The translations under genes were made by a program, and so were the position numbers. A DNA stretch of 64,000 nucleotides, from assembly GCA_951406725.2 (NCBI GenBank), contig OX597826.1, forward strand, positions 35,030,001-35,094,000, given 5' to 3'. Shown here piece after piece: positions 1 to 13,342 of this stretch; within the stretch, counting starts at the first letter, position 1, and each line of letters starts with the position of its first letter. Below the pieces are notes generated by a model. The model saw only the letters and a list, made by a program, of their open reading frames with translations, did not search any database and was not told the DNA's origin. The stretch comes from Octopus vulgaris (taxonomy: Eukaryota).

Positions 1-201
1 TATACACATATATATATATACATATATATATATACACACACACACATATATATACATACATATATATATACACACACATACATATACACACACATACATA
101 CATATACATACACTCGCACATATATATAAATACATACACACACACATATATACATATACTCACACACATACACACATACATACATACATATATATATATA
201 T

Positions 202-239
<38 letters not shown>

Positions 240-240
<1 letters not shown>

Positions 241-525
241 GAGGATTCCGTCGGTTACGACGACGAGGATTCCAGCTGATACGATCAACGGAACAGCTTG
301 CTCGTGAAATTAACCTGCAAGTGGCTCAGCATTCCACAGTCAGGTATACATTTAACGCAGTTCTCAGGGAGATTCAGCGTGAGGCAGAGTGTGACAAGGC
401 TGCCCCTTTGAAATGCAGGTACTACTTATTTTTGCCAGATGAGTGGAAATAAAATGTCTTGCTCAATGACACAACTACCTTACGATCATGAGCCGAATGT
501 CTTAAGCACTAAGCCACACGCCTTT
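240..525 (-). mobile_element. tRNA-derived SINE family C (copies at ~29525-29835 + and ~58570-58800 -)
   Basis: Head aggcgtgtggcttagtg; shared core caagtggct.ag.attccacag...gttctcagg.a.attcag. Confidence 0.85.
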
Positions 526-1487
526 ATATGTGTGTATGTGTGTGTAATAAGAAAAGGGAGGAGAATTTCGATTATCTCTACGTGGTGAATTGTAATGCAA
601 AAATGAATATATAAAATTAAAGAAGGAAATGTGTTGGTCGAGTGGTTTCGCTTTTGCTAATTATGACATCGAAATTATTTTAATTTCGTATTTTTAAAAA
701 AGATTTTAGTCCATGTTCTTGTATGGAAGTTTGTGAATGAAACAAGTAGAAAAATCTATGGGAAGGTAACTGGTGATTGTTATTCGAGAAAGGGGAGGTA
801 ATTGCTCATTTTTTTTTCGTATGGGGATAAATAAATATATAGGCAATCATACACTGCACACACATACACACACACACACACACAGAGACACACTCTCTCT
901 CACACACACACACACACACATATATATACATAATCAGACACTACAAATGACTACAATATTTGGGATTGTAAACGTCTGGAACAGCTTAAGATTTAACAGA
1001 TGATGAACAAGATACTTTCTTTCACAACCTTGCTACAAAGTAGGTGGACGGTCAAAATTTATAATAAAAATAACGATAATAATAATGATGATGATGATGA
1101 TGATGATCAAGTAGATGAAAGCTACTCTCATATTCGTCAGATTCAGAACTAAATTGTCTATTAGAAAAACAGCAAGTTTATGTTAAAAACATGAAGAACC
1201 AGTGTAAGATTATACAATTGCAACTCCCATTCTTTTATCTACACAAAAATTTATCAAATGATTTCTTACAATATTGTGTGTGTATTTCTAAGAGTGCTAT
1301 GGTGATATTCTTCTACTTGTGATATCTTAGTATAACATTGTCAATATAACTGACTTGTCTCTGCAATCCATTTCACATGTTTAACACAAAGAAGAGATCC
1401 TCTCTGTGGAGAAAAATGAAAATTCCTTAGGGTAAGTTAAACATCCCTAAATGTTGTTGACTCTTTTTCAACCAATGATCTGGAATT

Positions 1488-2853
1488 TTAAGTCAACATC
1501 ACCAATCGTTTTAACCCATCTTTCTTCCAGAATCACACCCGTACATTCTTAATCCTGATTTCACTCAATCACATCTATATAACTCTAGGAGAAAGCACAA
1601 GATGATCAGTCCATAGCATTATAATCCATTACCATTTAAACTGACCAAATCTGGTCCAAATATTCTACCCATTTCAGGTTCAAACTGGTCAGATTTGACC
1701 TCTCATAGCTACCTTACTCTCTCATTATAAATGTAAACAACCACATCAAATTTTTTCAATTTATGAGACAATACATGGTTAATTCCAAACAATGTGACTA
1801 AATAAGCATTAGATTTGACAAAGTAATCTGTACATTGATGGGTGGAACCTGACAATGGAATAAGTCTAATTCTCAAGAACTGGAACGGTCCCTTCTACAA
1901 GATTCCATGTAGTTTCTATCACCAAATTTCCCTTGCAAGACATTTGCTGAATATACAATGTAGAAGGATGTAGCTGAAACCATGTTGCTGAGAAGTAAAT
2001 TTGTTAACCACACGGCTACAATATATTAATAGGATTTTGTATGTGAACGAATAAGTAGCTATTATGAGCTTTCTGGTGTCTTAGTCATTTTTGCTGCCAT
2101 ACTGAAATTAGTAGTAATCAATATTCTTGGTATCATTGTTGTTGTTGTTGTTGTTGTCGAGAAACTGCAGCCATCTCTAATCAAGCAGATATCTTCAACA
2201 GCGGTAACCAATTGACTGATTAGAACTTACGCAAATTTTATTCTGCTCTGTGTTTGCCAAACTTCAGTCTTTTGGAACCAGCCTAACAATTTTGGCATTC
2301 AAGGGTTAGCAGTGTAGCCGTTGTTGATGATGATAATGCTGATGTTGTTCTTGTTCTTGTTTGAATAAGCCAGATGCTAGTCCTGATCGAGTACACATAT
2401 GATCAAAGTTATTCTAGTTATAAGAATCCAGTGTTTTCTTTTCAGCTGTTATGAACCCTGGACACTATCCAATATGTTCTTTTTATAGACATTAGGTTGT
2501 GGTTCATGAGATATTCCACAGCTATTTCTTGCAGACTGAGAGACCACCAACAACTTTTATTGTTAGCTTACAACAATTAAAAAGTGTTGTCTCTCTCTCA
2601 ATGAAAGTATAAAACTATGCTTTGTTTATATTTGTAATATTGTTGCATTCTGTTTTTTTTTTGTTTTTTTTTTTTTGAAGACTAAAGGATCTGCAATTGT
2701 ATGTTCTACTAGTGAAGATTTTACCAGCAATATTTCTCTCGGTGGGATAGAGTTAAGTCAACATCACCAATCGTTTTAACCCCGTCTTCCTCCCAGAATC
2801 ATACCCATGCATTCTTAATCCTGATTCCACTCAATCACATCTATGTAACACTA
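1488..2853 (+). repeat. ~100-bp direct duplication (1488-1587 and 2753-2853)
   Basis: ttaagtcaacatcaccaatcgttttaaccc...cactcaatcacatctat, roughly 90% identical. Confidence 0.92.
1622..1846. mobile_element. Degraded ~220-bp non-autonomous DNA element (TTAA-type MITE recalled from octopus)
   Basis: catttaaactgaccaaatctggtccaaatattctacc...aaataagcattagatttgacaaagtaatctg; recognised from memory, termini decayed. Confidence 0.55.
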
Positions 2854-5499
2854 ACCCTACTGGTGATGATGCTACTGGGGGTTGAGATATTTAAAAACTT
2901 TCTATTACTTTTGGATCAGATGGTCTTATGGTCTTAGTTAACTTTGATAAAGATGGAGTATTTGACAATACAGCATAGATATAGACATCTTGTGGCTGAG
3001 GAAGTTACCATTCCACATTAAGAGATGAATCATTGAATGGTATCGAAAAATCACAAGTAGATTGTGATAATTTGATTACCACATTTAGGAAGTGCTTGCT
3101 TTCTTCTAAACATGAAACCACGAATGATAAATTACAATGTGTGAATAATCCCAGACTCAAAACTTAGAGTACAAGTTAATCTGAACTTTGCAATAATTTT
3201 GACTCTGCACTCGATGTGGAGTGACCCTAGCAGCAAATGTTCTGTCATTATTCTTAAATTTGCATTAAAATGCTCATCTTATTTTAATATATAAATAATA
3301 AATTATGTAAACCTGCATTTATTTGGTATAGTACTGTAATTCCGTTGAAATATATCTTTGGAATGTTTTGAAGAATAGCTTCCTGTTTCCAATTCTCTTA
3401 GTAATACTATAATTTTTTTTTATCTACCTACTTGAATTATTCAATTTATATATTATTCTTTCGAAAAATACTTGAAGATATTAATCAAGAGTTTTCACTT
3501 TCCTCAAGACAAAATTTTCATTTTATTTACACAATTTTCTTTTGGAACTAAATTTTAATTCTCAGAGAAATCCGCCGAAATATGCAAGAATAATAATATG
3601 AATTATGTGATTTTGCTTTTGTTATGTTTTATTTGTAAAAGAGCACTAAAATCTTCCATTTTTAAAGCTCTTTTAGAACTAGAATTACTCTAGTGATCAA
3701 AATATGGCCGAATACCTATTGATTTCCTAATTACAGTGCTTCAGACAAGATCTTCTCTTGGGTTATATTTAGAAATTTTGCAGATAGACATTTCAGTATA
3801 TTATGCTAAAATATATCAATCTTGTGATATCTAAATTGCTGCTTCTTGTCAAATGGAAATAATCTGGTTGGTGCTTGTTTCCTAATACTTATCTAGGTAT
3901 TAGCGAGATGATAGAGCAGTTACCTACACTTAAACTATAATAATAATGACAAAAATAAAACTGAAATGATGTGGAAGCATTAGATTTCCGTTTATATTTA
4001 CTGCTGGCTACTAACAGCATGGACATTACTAATTTTATTTTATTGCTTTGTCAGAGGAAAAAGAGCCATGCCCACCACCTCTGTTCAAGGGTTTCCAAGA
4101 TACCACAGAGAAGAGAGAAATGACTTGTAGACAAGAGACATAGACACAAGGATGTCTGTAAAAAGTTTGCTTCTCAGACACATAATTCCAGGTTCCATCC
4201 CACTGCACGGCAATTTGGGCAACTGGCTTTTACTACAGCTGTAGTCTTGTGAGTGGATTTGGTAGATGGAAACTGAAAGAGGTGAAAAATGCATTAATGA
4301 CTACAAAATGTACACATAGGAGAGACACAGAAAGTCCTTAATTCTTCATCAGTTGTGAGTGTGTGTGTGTGTGTGTAGGTGTGTGTGAGTGTCATTGCAT
4401 CTGTGTTTGCCCCCAAAAAACCACCTGACAACCAGTTGTTGGTTTGCTTAGTGTAGCAGTTCAGCAAAAGAGAATGATGAAATAAGTACCAGATTTAAAC
4501 AAAGACTATTACAGAGGTCAATTTGTTCCGCTAAAATGTTTCCAAGGTGGTGCCCCAGCATGACCACACTCTCATGACTGAAACAAGTAAAAGATAAAAG
4601 ATAGACTGCAGGCTGGTTACAGAAATGAATTTCACAGAAGCTGGGGATGTTAAAATCTCGTTAGAGATTATGTCCTGTAGCTAAGAACAGGAATAGTTCT
4701 ACAGACAGGTGACTGTTTACATTTATGGTTTACATGAATCACTTTTTACTTACAAGGCTTTAATTAATTCAAAGCTATGGTAGAAGACACCTAATCAATG
4801 TGTAATGTAAGAGATTTGAACCCAGATCCCTGTAGCTGAAAATCAAACCATTTCACCCAAAACCACAATATGAAGTTTCCCTCCCATCCATGTAAAAACA
4901 CTACCTTATTTGGATACACTTAAGGGTTGACAACAGGAAGAGAATCTGTCTCAAGGAATTTCATTGAACCCATTGCCAGCATGGAAAAGTGAGCCTTAAA
5001 ACATTGATGATGATAATGATGATGAAGACGATGAAATATGAAATGAGGGAGGAATATTTTGTTAGCATTCAACATTTGATAGACAATTCATAGGTTGTCT
5101 TCCTGCTTTATTTAACTAAGATTTTGAGATTTAAAATTTATAATCTGCTTTCGTATACAATTAAATGAGGAATTAATAAAGAATGTCTCATGACTATTGA
5201 GAATCTACTTCACCGATTCTATAATATTTATTGTTTTGCAGTGCATCAAAAATTACTGATCACCTCTTGTAAATCTGAGTATTGCAATGTATAACCATGA
5301 AGATTTATATAACTTTGCAATGTTTAGTGCTATTTAAGGTTTAAAGGTAGAGGTAAGAGAAGTTCAATGTCATGCTATTTATATTGACGATATAGGAAAA
5401 TTCCTATCGTACAAACAAAACAGAAAATGTATTAGGTGTACAAAGGAAGTGTGGTAATGCATGTGAAGGAAACTTGAATAAGAGGGATGTTATACATAA

Positions 5500-5554
<55 letters not shown>

Positions 5555-5748
5555 TGTGTGTGTATATGTGTGTATATATATGTGTGTATATATATATATG
5601 TGTATATATATATGTGTATATATATATGTGCATATATATGTGTATATATATATATGCATATATATGTATATATATTTGTGCATATATATATATGTATATA
5701 TATGTATATATATATGCATATATATATATATATATATGTGTATATATA

Positions 5749-5834
<86 letters not shown>

Positions 5835-5880
5835 CAACATACACACATATACATACACATGTATGTATGTATGTATACAA
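5500..5880. repeat. (TA)n/(TG)n compound microsatellite, representative of dozens (e.g. 1-238, 7068-7220, 9365-9710, 33100-33318, 36883-37150, 46330-46833, 62070-62160)
   Basis: Directly visible; source of the [12 protein letters not shown] ORFs. Confidence 0.98.
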
Positions 5881-6246
5881 TGAATGAAATAAATGTCTTT
5901 CTATATGCTGGAGATAAACTGGTGAGGTTTCATTTAACTGAGAAAATAGTTGAAAATGAAAAGGGTGTCAGATGGTGTAAGCAGGAAACATCACTGTACT
6001 GAAAGGAAATATGTAAACTGCATGAAAGATAGTTGTAAGAAGCCAGAATATGGACATGTTGAGGAGATCTTTGCTGAAACTTTGGCACAGGCATGGCTGT
6101 GTGACAAAAAGTTTGCTTCCCAACCACATGGTTCCCAGTTCAGTTCCTCTGTGTGACACTTCTACTATAGCCTCGGGCTGACCTAAGACTTGTAAGTGGA
6201 TTTGGTACGGAAAATGAAAGAAACCCGATGTGTGTGTATGTGTATA

Positions 6247-6520
6247 ATCATCATCATCATCATCATCGTTTAACGTCCGCTTTCCATGCTACCATGGGTT
6301 GGACGGTTCGACCGGGGTCTGGGGAGCCCGAAGGCTGCACCAGGCCAGTCAGATCTGGCAGTGTTTCTACAGCTGGATGCCCTTCCTAATGCCAACCACT
6401 CCGAGAGTGTAGTGGGTGATTTTATGTGCTACCGACACAGTTGCCAGATGAGGCTGGCAGACGGCCACGCTCGGATAGTGTTTTTTTATGTGCCACCGAC
6501 ACAGGTGCCAGACGGGCATA
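6247..6520 (-). mobile_element. RTE 3'-end fragment (family of 22667-24951)
   Basis: catcatcatcgtttaacgtccgctttccatgct...ctggatgcccttcctaatgccaaccactccg is the reverse complement of 24780-24950. Confidence 0.88.
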
Positions 6521-6533
6521 TATATATATATAC

Positions 6534-7010
6534 TGTTGTATTTGGGGATGGTCATGTTGCCAGTTTAGCCAATAAAAACACCCACACTACATATTTGGTT
6601 TTCACTTGCTTCAGGTTTATTTTATATTAATTGTATTTAAGCCAGAGTTCTTTCATCACACTTCTGTGACCTCATCAGTGGTCCTTTGCTTTCTTCTTTC
6701 TTGATTTTTTGTGTCCCTCCTTACTAGTGAACTGCCATTTCGTGTTCCTATTGTATGTCTTTATTTGCACGTGCTTATATCCCTGTGTGTGTCTATGTTT
6801 AGTGTGTGTATGGGGGAATGTGCCTGCATTACACATTCATTTCATTTACTTTTATATATTTGTTTTTATCTACATACTTTCCCATTTCTTTTATTTTTTC
6901 GATTAAATTAGATTAAATTAAATTGATTAATGAAGCAAGTGAACACCAAATGTATAGTGTGTGTGTCTTCATTGGCTAAAGTGGCAACATGACCATCCCC
7001 AAATACAACA
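6534..7010. mobile_element. TA-flanked element with ~80-bp inverted ends and an internal hammerhead motif
   Basis: tgttgtatttggggatggtcatgttgcca... / ...tggcaacatgaccatccccaaatacaaca. Confidence 0.8.
6642..6681 (-). ncRNA. Minimal type I hammerhead ribozyme
   Basis: Minus strand: cca CTGATGA ggtcaca-gaag-tgtgat GAAA gaactc tgg. Confidence 0.65.
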
Positions 7011-7065
7011 ATATCTGTTTCAACACACGAATTCACATCAAAAATCTTGCAAAACAAATATACAG

Positions 7066-7222
<157 letters not shown>

Positions 7223-7825
7223 CAGGCTGTGGGGTGCAAGAAACCGATCAGTGTGTGCTGCATGCTGATAGGAGAGATTGCCTTTCCTATAATATTCCCA
7301 TCATTGTACAACGACAGGTAACACTAATTGGTGGCTCAGCACAAATAAATAACAGGGTGGAGCGTTAAGCAGTTTTGTGTATAAATATGAGACTTTCCAG
7401 TTCAAATATGTTAAGTGAGTCTTGGCACCAAGCAGGGCATCCTGCTAAAGAAAGCTTCAAATTTACTCTGTTCAACCCATGCAAGCATGGAAATGTAGAC
7501 GTTGATTCAGTGATGATGATGATGATGATATATATATAAAGGTGCAGGTCTGGCTGTGTGGTGAGTAACATGCTTACCAATGACATGGCTTACCAATCCA
7601 GGTTCAGTTCCACTGCATGGCACCTTGGGCCGACCAAATCCTTGTGAATAGATTTGGCAGACGGAAACTGAAAGAAGCCCGTCGTGTGTGTGTTTGTCCC
7701 CCCCACCATCACTTGACAACCGATGTTGGTATGCTTACATCCAAGTAATTTTGTGCTTCGGCAAAAGATACTGATAGAATAAGTACAAGTCTTACAAAGA
7801 ATAAGTATATATATATAAATATATA

Positions 7826-7991
7826 TGATGGCCATCCACTCGTGACCGAAGAAGACCATTGCTGACCTTCAGGAACATTGTGGGCTCTAGGACTAACTTA
7901 TATTTTGCATTTGCGGCTCCATTGGTGGCTAATGAGCCCTGCTCTTGACAAGCATACACGACTGCAAACATTGCAGACCAAGCTTTCCCCA
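7826..7991 (-). mobile_element. 3' fragment of a third RTE-type family with a terminal Cys/His motif
   Basis: Minus translation LVCNVCSRVCLSRAGLISHQWSRKCKI*; ends ggtcttcttcggtcacgagtggatggccatcat. Confidence 0.75.
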
Positions 7992-8106
7992 TTCACTATA
8001 CGAATGTATACATATATACATACCATATACATATATACATATATATATATATTCACAGGTATATATAGTATTATTTTTTACTTATAGTAGATAGTACTCT
8101 CAACTT

Positions 8107-8325
8107 ACATTCTTTTCTACACTAGGCACAAGGCCCCTAAGTTGGGGGGAGGGGCCCAGTCAATTGGATTAACCCCAGTACACAGCTGGTACTTAATTTA
8201 TCTACCCTGAAAGGATGAAAGGTAAAGTTGACCTCAGCAGAATTTGAACTCAGAACATAAAGACAGACAAAATACCGCTTAGGATTTCGCCCAGTGTGCT
8301 AACATTTCTGCCAGCTCGCCACCTT
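8107..8325 (-). mobile_element. tRNA-derived SINE family B with 10-bp TSD. Other copies at ~12885-13510, 14380-14590, 29930-30245(-), 31555-31780, 56000-56400, 58805-58945, 62950-63155(-)
   Basis: Head ggcgagctggcagaaa, box B gagttcaaattc; TSD ctctcaactt at 8097-8106 and 8326-8335. Confidence 0.9.
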
Positions 8326-9573
8326 CTCTCAACTTGTATACTATGAATATCAATATATATGCAATAATTTTTTTGTCTAGTACTATAAATTAACTTGGTT
8401 TATAACACTATAATTCTCTTTACAGACTATTCAATTCTGTCACTGAAAAATGTGCAAGATCACCATGACAACAACAATGATGAGGAGTACAAGAAGAAGG
8501 AAAAGGAAGGGCATGAGTATGGTGATGATGATGATGATGATGATGCAGATGATGAGAACATGAAAAAAACAACTCCAATAATGATGACAATGACAACAGC
8601 AATGGTGATGACAGCAATACGGTTGTAATGATGATGACGATGGTGAGAAGGATTAGGAAGAGGAGGAATAAGTGTGAAGGCAATGCACATGATGACATCT
8701 CCAACGATGACAACAGCGACAAATGCAATGATGACGATGATGATAATGACAATGAATTTGATTATAACTACAACGAAGATGATGATGATGATAACGACGA
8801 CGACAAGAACAGTCACTACAAAATTTACTAAAAGCAAAACTGGACAGATGCAATATTATAACAGAAAAATAAAACAGGAGAAAAATGAATGTAAAGTTAT
8901 TTTTTAATTTTTATTTCATTTTCTGCTTCTAAGAGATGCCAAAGCCCCAGCATGGCCACAGTCCAAAGTCTAAAACCAGTAAATGAATACTGGTCATAAA
9001 TGAATTTCTTAGTTATTTTTGTTTTTGTTTTTTTTTTTTAAACTTCACCAATTCTACACAGAACTTCTTACTTTGGCAGAAAAATAAAATAAATCTATGG
9101 AAAATAAAAATAACGGAAAATATTACTTGGCTTTTACTTCCTATTTTTTGGTAGAAATACTTTCAAAATGGTAAAAAAAAAATGAAATAAAATAAAATAA
9201 AAGTTTCCTGAATCTCTTCTACTATCAACCAGTTGATGCAGAATAGAACTTTTCCAAAATGTTTTCCAGACAACTTGATTCATCAAAGAATTTCTAGATA
9301 TTACTTCACCATTCAGGGAGAAAATTCTCATTCGACTTGTGACGTGAATGGAATTTGTTCCAAAACACACACACACATACACACGCACACACACACACAC
9401 ACACACACGCACAAACACACAAACATATACATGCATGCACATAAACATACACATGTGTATGTATGTGTATACATATGCATATATACACATATATTTTTAT
9501 TTATATTTATATGCATATGTACATAATATATACATGCGTATAACAATATATGTATCTATGTAGTTATATATGC

Positions 9574-9618
<45 letters not shown>

Positions 9619-9639
9619 AGTATATATATACATTCATAT

Positions 9640-9705
<66 letters not shown>

Positions 9706-9997
9706 GTGTGAAGGAGCCACAGATTTTTTTTTATCATTTGCTTCAGAATGAAGTAAATAACTGTACAAACATTAATATAAGAATGAAATAAATAAAAGCC
9801 AAATAAAGAGGTGACCAAGCAAAATAGAGAATAACAATGGTGGATTGTAGAAGGTTAAATAAATGCAAAGGTAAGGTCTTTGGTTGTTTATCAATAAGTG
9901 AATCTATGATTATTTATTCTTGGAATACTTATTAAGAATGCTTTAAGAAATAAGAAATATACTGTGTATATGCATATAAGTGTGTGTGTGTGTGTGC

Positions 9998-10051
<54 letters not shown>

Positions 10052-10203
10052 GTAGAACAGGAAGGATTTATGCCACTGGAGATCTAAACTAACAGGTACA
10101 TTAGATAAACTATGAGGATCCAAGTTCACAACGGGGTCTGGAGTAGGAGATTTGTAGCTTACTTCCATGTCAGCACATATAAATCATACAAAAAGCATAT
10201 ATG

Positions 10204-10249
<46 letters not shown>

Positions 10250-10342
10250 AGAATAGAGAGAGAGACAGACAGACAGACTGACAAGCAGACATATTAGAAA
10301 ATTACTATTTGTAAATCTCACAAGAGATATTCAGCAACAGTA

Positions 10343-10526
10343 CTTTGGAGTAAAGATTGTTTGCCAACATAACGTGGGATGCTCGATTCCCTTGTTCGAT
10401 AATATAAGGACACAGAACATGATGTATAGCCAGCTGGAGACGATGTCTCCTGGGGCTAAATTACAGCAATATTAATCCTAAACCAGGACTGCCATGTTAC
10501 ATTGGCAAACATTCTTTACTCCAAAG
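10343..10526. mobile_element. MITE with ~35-bp TIRs
   Basis: ctttggagtaaagattgtttgccaa ... ttggcaaacattctttactccaaag. Confidence 0.75.
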
Positions 10527-10609
10527 CAGACAGATGTTGCATATATTTGCATATACATGTGTTACAGATGTACATAATATTAAATAATCTTAGATATATT
10601 TTCCCCCAA

Positions 10610-11070
10610 AACTGACTCAGTCTATGTCTGACTCAATAGCACCATCTGATATGGTGTGTGAGATTATTTTCAAGTGAAGTTTTTTCGTGATATCATGCCC
10701 CATTTAATTAGGGAGCCCTTGTCAACTGAGATGTTTCCAAGTATAGGTGGCTTATTCAGTATCCCATGAAGAAATCCTTCCAGATATCAATTGAAGGTGA
10801 TGGGATTTTTTTCTTCTTTTAATTGTTTTAGGATAATATTATAAGCTTGAACTGTGTTGGGAGCATAAAGCATGGGATTTTAGTCTTGGAGGAATTCTAA
10901 ATCTGCTGTTAAGGTTTCAGCAATGCTTGTGATGTAGTGGTATAGGTAAGAATAATATTTCACCCTTTTAAAGTGGTCTCAATAATCAAAATCAGTCATG
11001 CCTTTTATTTTTCTAGTGATTGCTCCCTGGGGTAACTTCATGCTTGTAATCTTTTGCTTGATATGACCCC
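10610..11070 (-). mobile_element. Old degraded 3' fragment of the same LINE family as 33318-36882
   Basis: Minus frames give PQGAITRKIKGMTDFDY and YNIILKQLKEEKNPITFN*YLEGFLHGILNKPPILGNISVDKGSLIKWG, matching the ORF2 C-terminus (PQRAITKKIDGMTGLDY...FNITPKHIKTETDPIGFKKSLDRFLQEIPDKPPTPGYVSVNNNSLLEWA). 3'UTR gatggtgctattgagtcagacat matches ggtggtgctattaagttagacat. Confidence 0.88.
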
Positions 11071-12924
11071 CAGGAAGCAGCAGCGTGTGTGTGTGTGTAC
11101 ATGTGAATAAGCAAAACAATTTTTTGTAACATTCTATAATACGTATATGCAATAAAGAATAATTCCTATCTGTTGACATTAGTATAGCTGGTTTGAAAGA
11201 TCATGTGTATTTTTATAAATTAATTTCTCTTTCAATCAAGATGGAACTTATTCATTCAAAAGCATTTATCATGAATAGATTTTATAAAATATCAGATTTC
11301 TTCCTCTCATCACTTTTACTGTATTTTTAATAGCATTACTTATTTAAGATTTACTATTATGGTTCATATATCATTAAAATAGATATAGAATTGATAGTTG
11401 TGACTATAATAAAGTTGTATCTTTGGTTAAAAGCTGATCACAGTCCACGAATAGAAATATCTACAGTGGCAATGCAAGTCCGCAGCTACATACACACACC
11501 TATGTATGTATATATATGTACATATATATGTGTGTATGTGTATGTATGTATATGTGTGTGTGTATATATATATATATATGAATATATATGTATGTATATA
11601 TGTATGTATATATATCTGTATGTAAATATATATTATATATATGTGTGTGTATGTGTGTGTATACACACAGAGAGATATATATAATTAGTTTCATCTAACA
11701 ATAAGCATGCCTCACATTAACTGCACTGGTCATCCTGTTACCATATATGTCTGAGTGTCTGTGAGTGTTGACAGACAAATAGATATAGATACATATACGT
11801 GATTCAAATATCAAACAGACAAGAAATCCAAAGACAACTCACAGACATCTGTAGTTCAAATAATAGTAACTGACAGATATAATGTTTTAGTAAATTTTGT
11901 CTGCTTTCACAAACTCATTAGCTGTTGTATTAGTGAACACCAGAGGTTCTTTTCTAAAATATTAATTGCATAAAATACAGTGGTTCTGTGTTAAGATATT
12001 TGCTTCCCAATCACATGATTCTGGGTTCTGTCCCACTGCATGGCATCTTGGGCAAGGTGTCTTCTACAATAGCCTTGGGTCAATCAAAGCCTTGTGAGTG
12101 GATTTGGTAGATGGAAAAAGAAAGAAGCTTGTCATAGATATATATATATTAGTCCAACCCATGCTAGCATGAAAAGCAGACGTTAAATGATGATGATGAT
12201 ATATAGATATATATACATACATATGTGATTGTGTGTGAGTGTGTGTATATGTGCGTTTGTGTATGTTTGTCTTCCACCACTTGACAACGGTGTGGTACGT
12301 TTATGTTCCCACTACTGGTGGTTTGGCAAAAGAGATCAATAAAGTTAGTACTAAATTTAAAAATTAATTAAGGTACTTGGATCAATTATATTAAAAAAAT
12401 ATCGATCAAGGCAGGGCCCCAGCATGGCCACAATTTGATGACTGAAATGAATAGAAGATAAAAATTAAAAGACCTGTAATGGAACACCTTTGATCATAGA
12501 TCTTCTAACAGATGGCATCTATGATTATGCAACCACTGCAACAGCTGTGTAATTCCAGTTCCTGTTTATTTCTATGGATGTTCAGTTCTTGTTGTAGTCT
12601 ATACTTTGTGACCTTAAACAAGGTAAATAACTCTACTCACTCCAAATAGTTCAAGAGGCAAATGCTGGTTAAACTTTCCTAATCTCCTTGAATAATTAAT
12701 GTATGTAATGACATTTAGTTCTTAATGCAAAAATGTTAAACAGAACTGAACGCTACCATCCATACAAGACCTGATGATAGTTCTTTGTTTTGTTTTTCAA
12801 TAGATGGTATATTAGTATTGTTTCCATTGTTGTTATCATGGATGGTTTACTTGAAATAACTTTTTCATTAATAGTCGAGTTGAAGCAGTGAGCTGGCAGA
12901 AATGTTAGTATGCAGGAGCGCAGT

Positions 12925-13342
12925 ATAGGTGCAGGAGTGGCTGTATGGTAAGTAGCTTGCTAACCAACCACATGGTTCCAGGTTCAGTCCCACTGTGTAG
13001 CATCTTGGGCAAGTGTCTTCTGCTATAGCCCCGGGCCGACCAATGCCTTGTGAGTGGATTTGGTAGACGGAAACTGAAAGAAGCCTGTCGTATATATGTA
13101 TATATATATATATATGCGTGTGTGTGTTTGTGTGTCTGTGTTTGTCCCCCTAGCATTGCTTGACAATCGATACTGGTGTGTTTACGTCCCTGTCACTTAC
13201 CGGTTCAGCAAAAGAGACCGATAGAATAAGTACTGGGCTTACAAAGAATAAGTCCCGGGTTCAATTTGCTCGACTAAAGTTGGTGCTCCAGCATGGCCGC
13301 AGTCAAATGACTGAAACAAGTAAAAGAGTAAAAGAGAGAGAG
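12925..13342 (+). mobile_element. tRNA-derived SINE family A, full-length, nested in a family-B SINE. Other copies at ~4140-4605, 6085-6230, 7540-7805, 11975-12465, 20650-20760(-), 30980-31115(-), 41735-41885, 47235-47570(-), 49370-49685, 61525-61670, 62370-62530
   Basis: Box A-like gtggctgtatggtaag, box B-like ggttcagtccc, internal (TA/TG)n, tail gtaaaagagtaaaagag; many diverged copies in the window. Confidence 0.9.

Noticed and set aside
5404-6002. Long ORFs such as [10 protein letters not shown] and CVCV here and at dozens of other loci
   Set aside because: They are translations of stop-free dinucleotide microsatellites, open in many frames on both strands.
9072-9312. Spliced signal-peptide-like start MVKFILFFCQ on the minus strand
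   Set aside because: No convincing next exon, and T-rich DNA translates to F/I/L by default; kept only as part of the low-confidence micro-exon finding.
12925-13000. tRNA genes
   Set aside because: Box A/B-like motifs belong to SINE heads; no complete cloverleaf or terminator.
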